From: Myxococcales bacterium
Lineage (GTDB): Bacteria > Myxococcota_A > UBA9042 > JABWCM01 > BTVJ01
Direction of reading: 5' to 3'
NCBI GenBank assembly: GCA_045863395.1
Contig: BTVJ01000144.1
Span: 1-11,133, forward strand
Length of the DNA: 11,133 nucleotides
Positions 1-5,905 of this stretch are shown one piece after another. Made by a program: the position numbers and the translations under genes. Under the pieces are notes generated by a model, which did not search any database, had not been told where the DNA came from, and was given only the letters and a program-made list of their open reading frames with translations. Positions within the stretch are counted from its first letter, which is position 1. Every line of letters begins with the position of its first letter.

Positions 1-1
1 A

Positions 2-445
2 ACGCGGAGGCCACGGGCTGAAAAGCGATACCGGGCGCGCGCCCTGCCCCGCCGGGGGGGGGCGCGCGTCGAGCGAATGGTCGACGGCCTCGCGCGGCTC
101 GGCGCGACCTTCGACCGCCTCTACCACAGCCCGCTCCTGCGCGCGGTGCAGACCGCCGAGCTGCTCCTGCCGCTGGTGGAGGGGGAGTCCGTCGTCACGG
201 AGCTGCTGTGCCAGCCCCCGAGCGAGCCCCTGCTGGAGCTGCTGGCGGGCGACCGGGTCGGCGTGGTCGGTCACCAGCCGTGGCTCGGCGAGCTGGTCGC
301 CATGCTCGTCATCGGTGCGCCGGACCGGGGGGATCGCTTCCAGCTCAAGAAGGCCGGCGCCATCCACCTGCGCGGGGAGCTGCGGGTCGGCGGGATGTCC
401 ATCGCCGGCCTGTACCCGCCCCGGCTGCTGCGCGCGCTGGCGTAG
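2..445 (+). CDS. sixA: SixA-like phosphohistidine phosphatase (histidine phosphatase superfamily), 5'-partial
   Basis: Motifs LYHSPLLRAVQTAE, VVGHQPWLGELV and FQLKKAG are typical of SixA. The frame is open from base 2 to TAG 443-445. The catalytic RHG motif is not in the window, so the true start is probably off the left edge and ATG 77 is probably internal. Confidence 0.85.
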   Translation, partial: TRRPRAEKRYRARALPRRGGARVERMVDGLARLGATFDRLYHSPLLRAVQTAELLLPLVEGESVVTELLCQPPSEPLLELLAGDRVGVVGHQPWLGELVAMLVIGAPDRGDRFQLKKAGAIHLRGELRVGGMSIAGLYPPRLLRALA

Positions 446-447
446 CC

Positions 448-1938
448 TCAGCTCAGCGCCAGCTCGATCCCCGCCGCTGCCACGACCGCGGCCTCCGCCG
501 CGAGGTCTTCACGGGTCATCGGGTGCTCCTCCAGCCATCCCGGGGGGAAGGCGACCTCCAGGCGGTCACGCCGGACCTGTGCGGTGAGCGGCGGCAGGGG
601 CCGGGCGGAGCGGGCGCGGTTGAGCACCACGGCGAGACGCAGCAGGACGCTCATGCGCAGGGCAGGGCGGAGCAGCCTGGGCGGCAGCGAGGCGAGCCGG
701 TCGCGGTTGAGCTTGCGGCGGTGGTTGAGCACGAGGGTCGCGAGCAGCGCCTGGTCCTCCCGCGAGAAGCCCGGCATGTCGGCGTGCTGCAGAAGGTAGG
801 CGCCGTGCTTGTGGTAGCCCGACCACGCGACGGACAGCCCGATCTCGTGGAGCTGCGCCGCCCACCCAAGGAAGTGGCGGGCCTCGTCGTCGAGCCCCCA
901 GTCGGCCGCCACGACCTCCAGCAGCAGATGGGTGGTTGCACGGACCCGCGCCGCCTGCTCTCGATCAACTTCATAGCGGGTCACGAGGCGCTGGACCGTG
1001 GCGTCGCGCACGTCCTCGTGGCGGAGGCGCCCGAGCAGGTCGTGGAGCAGCCCCTCGCGCAGCGCGGCGTGGGCGGCGGTCATCTCCTCGATGCCGAGGC
1101 TCTCGAAGACCGCGGTGAGCACGGACAGACCCCCGGGGAGGATCGCCGCCCTGTCGGGGGGCATCCCCGGGAGAGTGAGGCGACCCGTGTGCCCCGCCGC
1201 GAGCACCGCCTTGCGCAGCTTCCGCAAGCCAGTTGCCGTGATGCCCTGCTCCGACCAGCCCGTGGCGCGGAGGATGTCGTCGATGGCCGTGATGGTCCCC
1301 GACGCTCCCAGGCAGCGTCGCCACCCCACGGCCCGGTAGCGGCGCTCGATGGGCTGGAGCTCTCGCCGCGCGGCGATCTCGGCCTGCCGCAGGGCGTCGC
1401 GGGTGATTGTACCGTCGGGGAAGAAGCGCCGGCTGTAGGTGACGCAGCCCATGTAGAGGCTGTCCGCGACGATGGGCTCGTGGCGCTGGCCGATGATCAC
1501 CTCCGTGCTGCCGCCGCCGATGTCCACCACCAGGCGGTTGCCGGACTGCCACTCCACGTCGTGGGCGACGCCCAGGTAGATGAGGCGCGCCTCCTCGCGG
1601 CCGCTGATCACCTCGATGGGGTGGCCCAGGGCGTCACTGGCCTTGGCGAGCAGCTCCTCGGCGTTGCGGACCTGGCGGAGCGTGTTGGTGCCCACCGCGC
1701 GGACCGTGCCCTGCGGGAAGTCCCGCAGGCGCTGGCCGAAGCGCACCAGGCAGGCCAGCGCCCGCTCCCGAGCCTCGGGTGTGAGCTCCCGGGCAGAGTC
1801 CAGGCCCTCCGCCAGCGCCACCCGCTCCCGCAGGCGGTCCACGAAGCGGAGGTGCTCGCCGCTCACCCGCGCCACCACCATGTGGAAGCTGTTGGAGCCC
1901 AGGTCCACCGCCGCGACCATCGCCGGGTCTTGGGTCAT
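448..1938 (-). CDS. ppx: Exopolyphosphatase Ppx/GppA with C-terminal HD-type domain (496 aa)
   Basis: ASKHA-type motifs AAVDLGSNSFHM, AVGTNTLR, EVISGREEARLIYLG, DIGGGSTE, GASGT and ALREGLL; C-terminal LHEIG..YHKHGAYLL..DMPGFS. Start ATG at 1938 (MTQDPAM) has GGAGG upstream and overlaps the upstream TGA (ATGA). Confidence 0.95.
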   Translation of the reverse strand: MTQDPAMVAAVDLGSNSFHMVVARVSGEHLRFVDRLRERVALAEGLDSARELTPEARERALACLVRFGQRLRDFPQGTVRAVGTNTLRQVRNAEELLAKASDALGHPIEVISGREEARLIYLGVAHDVEWQSGNRLVVDIGGGSTEVIIGQRHEPIVADSLYMGCVTYSRRFFPDGTITRDALRQAEIAARRELQPIERRYRAVGWRRCLGASGTITAIDDILRATGWSEQGITATGLRKLRKAVLAAGHTGRLTLPGMPPDRAAILPGGLSVLTAVFESLGIEEMTAAHAALREGLLHDLLGRLRHEDVRDATVQRLVTRYEVDREQAARVRATTHLLLEVVAADWGLDDEARHFLGWAAQLHEIGLSVAWSGYHKHGAYLLQHADMPGFSREDQALLATLVLNHRRKLNRDRLASLPPRLLRPALRMSVLLRLAVVLNRARSARPLPPLTAQVRRDRLEVAFPPGWLEEHPMTREDLAAEAAVVAAAGIELALS

Positions 1939-2039
1939 GCCGCCCTCCGTCGGACCACCAGCCGCGCCAGAAGCATCACGAGCAGCAACAGGGCCCAGGG
2001 GGCGGCAGGGGCCCTGGTCCCGCAGCCTCCTCCTCCGCC
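1935..2039 (-). other. MYXO-CTERM-like C-terminal sorting signal
   Basis: Gly run plus Cys (GGGGGC), short Pro/Ala spacer, hydrophobic helix (WALLLLVMLLA) and a basic RRR end, preceded by an Asp/Glu/Ala/Thr-rich linker. Confidence 0.8.
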
Positions 2040-4520
2040 TGTCTCCGGGGCGGGACCGGCGTCCACCTCGCCCTGGTGCGAGTCCTTGGCCGCGTCCTCG
2101 CCCGCATCGCTGTCGCTCGTGTCCGCGGCGTCCTCCGCCGTGTCGGGCCCCCCGACGTCGGCCACGGGGCACCTCCGCTCCTCGCCCCACACGGGCAGGG
2201 TGACCGCAGCGCTCGTTGTCGCGACGCCCGCCCCATTGACCAGGCGCAGACGCAGGGTAGGGTCCTGGACGCTCGCCCCGACGGCGGTCGGGTCCACATG
2301 CGCCTTCCACGGGCCGCCGTCGGGCACCGGGAGGTCGAGCCAGGGGCCGTCACCGAACGCGACCCGGGCGGACGTCACGAAGGAGTGCGGCTCCTCCCAG
2401 GAGGCCGTGATCGTGACGGGCACCAGGGTCGGCGCCGGCACCCCTGCGGGCAGGCACGCATCGGGCTTCAGGGGCTTCACCGTGGGCCCCGCCTTCAGGG
2501 CCGGGCCGCTCCGGTCGACGCCGATGGCAGCGCTGCGGCCCTCCGCGAGCCCGGGACCGTCGGGGTAGACGGCGCGGGCGGCCACCTTGAGCTTCTGACC
2601 ATCAGCGACGTCCAGGCACAGAGCGCCCTCGCCCGTGGTGCCCGCGTCGGCAGGCGCCAGCAGCTCCGCGTCGCTCCAGGCGTCTACTGCCCGCGCCTCG
2701 AACCCCGTCGCCAGCCCCTCGAAGTTGGCGGCATCCCACGCGAAGGGAACGCAAGGCTCGGCGGTCCAGGCGCCGCTCACCGAGACCTTGGGCACTGCCT
2801 CCAGGCTCAGGTGGGCCCAAGCCACGCCAAGGGAGGTCACCTCCGCCGTGACCGGCCCCCGGGACACCCACGTGCCACCGCCGTCCACCGTATATGAAGC
2901 AGGTGGCAGGGGCTCGAACCTGGCGACACCATTGGCGGCGGTCAGGGCGCCGCTCTGGGTCTCGGCGATGGTGACGAGCACGCCGGGCACGGCCTTGTCC
3001 AAGGGGTGCTGGCGGGCGCGCACGAGCAGCGCCCCGGGGGTGGACGGCTCCGGCGCCACTGGCAGCGAGGGCGGCCAGTGCCCGTAGGTGCCGAAGTTGT
3101 CCGTGTAGACCGGCCAGTGGAGCGGCAGCGACGGGATCGTCCACGCCCGGTCGAAGGACGTGGTGAACCAGGGGCGGGTCTCGCCGTTCAACGTGAGCTC
3201 CAGCACGAAGCCCAGGGCGCCCGCCGTGTCCGCCGTGAACGGCACCTCGATGATCGGCCGGGGCTCCCAGGTGGAGCGGGCGGGGTCGAGGTCGACGACG
3301 AGCTCCGCCTCGCCGACCACGGTGCCCTGCGTGGTGAAGCCCGGCAGGTCCTTGCGGACCACGGCGCGCACGGTGCCGGCGACTGGAAGGCCGGCGAACA
3401 GGCGGGCGCGCGCCACCAGCGGCTGGCCGGCGAGGGCGGCGTCCACCTCCGCGACCGGCTCGCCGTCCGCGTCGAGCCAGGCGACGTCGTCCACGTGGAG
3501 GCCCTTGCCGAACGCGAAGGCCGCGGGCAGAAACCGCAGGATGCTCTGCAGGTTGCCCGAGATCAGGGCCTTCCCCTCGTAGGCGGGCCAGCCGGTCGGG
3601 CGGAGCTCCAGGTGATCCACCGCCAGCAGGGGCCCCAGGTCGGCGAAGGACTGCTCGTAGAGGTCCCAGAGGGCCGGGTCGACGAGCGCGCTCTCCTTGG
3701 CGCGCGCCATCTCTGCGGCGAAGTGGGGGCCCTTCGACGCCCGGGCGCCGAGCAGCGCCGAGGCGAAGCCACCGCCGACGGCGTCGAGCAGCGCGGGCAG
3801 CGGCATGTCGATGAGCTGGTGGAGCAGCTCCTTGGCGCCCTCGCGGTCGAAGCCGCCGAAGAGCCCCTTGGCCTGGTCGAGCTTGCCCTGCACGTCGGCG
3901 CGCGCGGCCTCGCACTGGATGGGCGCCCCGCTCCACGCCGCCCCCTCGGTGCAGTACCAGGCGAAGATGGCGACGAAGAGCTCCTCGGTGCCGGGGCCCC
4001 CGAGATACACGTCGTAGAGCAGGTCGACCACAGCGTCCCAGTTGCCGAAGACGAAGTCCCCGACGCCCTCGCAGATGGCTTCGGACTCGCCCCGGGCGTC
4101 GTCGTAGCCCGCGAACAGGTCGAACATGCCCAGCGGCGCCGACGCGAAGAGGGTCGGCGTGAGGAAGGTCTCCGCCGAGGCATCCGAGCAGATGTGCGTC
4201 AGGTGGCCCAGCGCAAAAAGGCGGCGCTCGGGGGTGTCGGCCACGTCGAGCAGGTGGTAGCTCAGGGTCTTGGCGTGGCCGAAGCCGAGGGCGCCCGTCA
4301 GCCACTGGAAGTCCGGCGAGATGGCCCCAGCGCGCAGCCAGGTGGTCGCGCCAGGCGTGGTTGCCGCTGCGGCCCAGCTCGGGTCCGCGGCGAGCAGCTC
4401 CAGCGTGCGATCCGCCTCGCGCACGTGGACGCCCGGCCCGTAGGCCAACGCCTGGGCGGGGGCGAGCAGCGCCAGGAGGGCGATCATCCGCAAGGGGCTC
4501 ATGCTGCTCTCGGGGCTCAT
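1935..4520 (-). CDS. Secreted, surface-anchored multidomain protein (861 aa): signal peptide, Zn-dependent phospholipase C/S1-P1 nuclease-like N-terminal domain, beta-rich Ig-like/carboxypeptidase-regulatory-like domains, acidic linker, MYXO-CTERM-like tail
   Basis: ATG 4520 is preceded by AGGAG. Signal ...MIALLALLAPAQALA|YGPGVH; motifs GAISPDF, FGH, ALGHLTHICSD. The segment AVPGVLVTIAETQSGALTAANGVARFEPLPPASYTV resembles a CarboxypepD_reg-like domain. C-terminus GGGGGCGT..PWALLLLVMLLARLVVRRRAA. The ORF-track extension to 5741 is antisense to the 4623-5834 gene. Confidence 0.8.
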   Translation of the reverse strand: MSPESSMSPLRMIALLALLAPAQALAYGPGVHVREADRTLELLAADPSWAAAATTPGATTWLRAGAISPDFQWLTGALGFGHAKTLSYHLLDVADTPERRLFALGHLTHICSDASAETFLTPTLFASAPLGMFDLFAGYDDARGESEAICEGVGDFVFGNWDAVVDLLYDVYLGGPGTEELFVAIFAWYCTEGAAWSGAPIQCEAARADVQGKLDQAKGLFGGFDREGAKELLHQLIDMPLPALLDAVGGGFASALLGARASKGPHFAAEMARAKESALVDPALWDLYEQSFADLGPLLAVDHLELRPTGWPAYEGKALISGNLQSILRFLPAAFAFGKGLHVDDVAWLDADGEPVAEVDAALAGQPLVARARLFAGLPVAGTVRAVVRKDLPGFTTQGTVVGEAELVVDLDPARSTWEPRPIIEVPFTADTAGALGFVLELTLNGETRPWFTTSFDRAWTIPSLPLHWPVYTDNFGTYGHWPPSLPVAPEPSTPGALLVRARQHPLDKAVPGVLVTIAETQSGALTAANGVARFEPLPPASYTVDGGGTWVSRGPVTAEVTSLGVAWAHLSLEAVPKVSVSGAWTAEPCVPFAWDAANFEGLATGFEARAVDAWSDAELLAPADAGTTGEGALCLDVADGQKLKVAARAVYPDGPGLAEGRSAAIGVDRSGPALKAGPTVKPLKPDACLPAGVPAPTLVPVTITASWEEPHSFVTSARVAFGDGPWLDLPVPDGGPWKAHVDPTAVGASVQDPTLRLRLVNGAGVATTSAAVTLPVWGEERRCPVADVGGPDTAEDAADTSDSDAGEDAAKDSHQGEVDAGPAPETGGGGGCGTRAPAAPWALLLLVMLLARLVVRRRAA

Positions 4521-4560
4521 GGGATCTCCTGGGCCGGCGCCTCGGTTGCACCGCGCGCGC

Positions 4561-4616
4561 AGGATACACCCGCCGCGTCCAGGGCGCTCGCGAAAGCGCA
4601 GGCGCTCCGGTAGCAT
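4561..4616. promoter_or_regulatory. Divergent promoter region with candidate -10 elements for both directions
   Basis: 102-bp gap between divergent genes. TAGCAT at 4611-4616 on + (6 nt before ATG 4623) and TATCCT at 4566-4561 on -. The -35 matches are poor. Confidence 0.35.
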
Positions 4617-4622
4617 GCCGCC

Positions 4623-5834
4623 ATGCGCGCCCTCGCCCTGGCAATCACCCTCGCCGCCTGTGCCCACGAGCCGCCGGACCACTCGTCGTCGCTGGAGTTC
4701 ACCAAGCCCGGTGCGAAGCCGGACGCGTCCGGGGCGGCCACGGATGACCCGGAAGCCGGCGACCGCGTGGACCCGTCCGACCCGGTCATCCTGCTGTCCG
4801 AGGGGGGCAAGGCGGACGTCACGCGCATCGAGCTCGGGTCCATGGGTTTCGGCAGCGACGGACTCGGCCCCGTCCGCGCGTTCACCGTGCCGGCCGACGT
4901 CGCCTCGGTGACCGTCGTGCTCACGGGAGGGCCGAGCGGCATCTACGCCCTCGACACCCTCGGGCCCGACGTGGGGCCCGCGCTCGTGCCCGCCGGGTGG
5001 TTCCTCTCCGACCCGAGCGGCACCTGCACCAAGGCGTGCCTCGCTCGCACCATGGCCAGCGAGGAGGCCCACGCGCTGACGGTGCCCAACGCCCCCGGGG
5101 TGGCGATCACGCCCGGACCCTGGTCCGTGCGCTGGCTCGGCCTGCCCGTCTCGGGGACCAAGGTGCCCATGGGGACGGCGCACGCCCTCGTCAAGCACGC
5201 CGAGACGCCCAAGGGTCGCATCGACGTCCACTTCCACCTGACCGGCGCGGGAGACCTGTACGCTCGGGACGCCCACGGCATCACCTTCGGCGGGCTCGTG
5301 CAGGCTCTGTCCATCAAGCTGGTTTCGGGCGGAGTGGCTCTGGGCACCGTCACCGTCGATGACATCGACCCTCGGTTCGCCGACATCGAGACCCTGTCCG
5401 GGGAGGGCAGCGACCTGGCGGAGATGTTCGCGACCAGCGCGGCCCACGGGGGCTCGGGCGTCCACGTCTATCTGGTCAACTCGCTGTGGGCGAGCGCGTC
5501 GTCCGGCGGTGGCTTCATCGCGGGCATCTCTGGGGGTATCCCGGGGCCCCCGGGAGTCGCGGGCACCGGCCGTAGTGGGGTGGCGGTGCTCGTGGACCCG
5601 GCGCTCTCCCTTTCGCTGATCGGGGTCGTCGCGGCCCATGAGATCGGGCACTTCCTGGGCCTCTACCACTCCACCGAGATGGACGGCTCCGGCGACGCCC
5701 TGGACGACACCAAGACCGGCGACACCACCAACCTCATGCACTGGGCGGCCGTCGACGGAGACCAGCGGCTCTCGTCGTCCCAGGGGCAGGCCCTGCGCTG
5801 GAGCCCCGTGGTGCGCAAGCCCGCCCCTCCGTGA
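4623..5834 (+). CDS. Lipoprotein zinc metallopeptidase, metzincin clan (M43/ulilysin-like C-terminal catalytic domain), 403 aa
   Basis: Lipobox MRALALAITLAA|C. HEIGHFLGLYH (HExxHxxGxxH) at 5637-5669, followed by D.L.DT and the Met-turn NLM. Strong third-position GC bias. Confidence 0.85.
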   Translation: MRALALAITLAACAHEPPDHSSSLEFTKPGAKPDASGAATDDPEAGDRVDPSDPVILLSEGGKADVTRIELGSMGFGSDGLGPVRAFTVPADVASVTVVLTGGPSGIYALDTLGPDVGPALVPAGWFLSDPSGTCTKACLARTMASEEAHALTVPNAPGVAITPGPWSVRWLGLPVSGTKVPMGTAHALVKHAETPKGRIDVHFHLTGAGDLYARDAHGITFGGLVQALSIKLVSGGVALGTVTVDDIDPRFADIETLSGEGSDLAEMFATSAAHGGSGVHVYLVNSLWASASSGGGFIAGISGGIPGPPGVAGTGRSGVAVLVDPALSLSLIGVVAAHEIGHFLGLYHSTEMDGSGDALDDTKTGDTTNLMHWAAVDGDQRLSSSQGQALRWSPVVRKPAPP

Positions 5835-5851
5835 AGGGTCCTGCCGCGGAG

Positions 5852-5901
5852 TTGTGCGCCCTCGTGCATCGGGGTAGGATTCGCGCTTCGAACTCTGGAG
5901 G
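5852..5901 (+). promoter_or_regulatory. Putative sigma70-type promoter and RBS for the Cys-rich lipoprotein gene
   Basis: TTGTGC (5852-5857), 17-bp spacer, TAGGAT (5875-5880); GGAGG at 5897-5901 before ATG 5906. Confidence 0.5.
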
Positions 5902-5905
5902 CTGA

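Noticed and set aside
1939..2310. N-terminal extension of ppx; likewise the ackA extension 10254-10952 and the Uma2 extension 8124-8267
   Set aside because: These overlap upstream genes or non-coding sequence, and family homology begins at RBS-supported downstream ATGs. There is no Pta-AckA fusion because the two genes are in different frames.
208..2568. 786-aa + strand ORF and other long overlapping ORFs (2602-4644, 3006-4613, 5663-7918, 5974-7158, 6480-7589)
   Set aside because: Antisense or off-frame shadows of well-supported genes. They are Arg/Gly/Pro/Ala-rich with no motifs, as expected in very GC-rich DNA.
2860..2940. Short A/T-richer codon patch in the large surface-protein gene as evidence of mosaicism
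   Set aside because: Too short to distinguish from noise, and similar patches occur in ppx.
4521..5741. N-terminal extension making a 1268-aa protein
   Set aside because: It is the antisense of the metallopeptidase gene. The signal peptide and RBS place the start at 4520.
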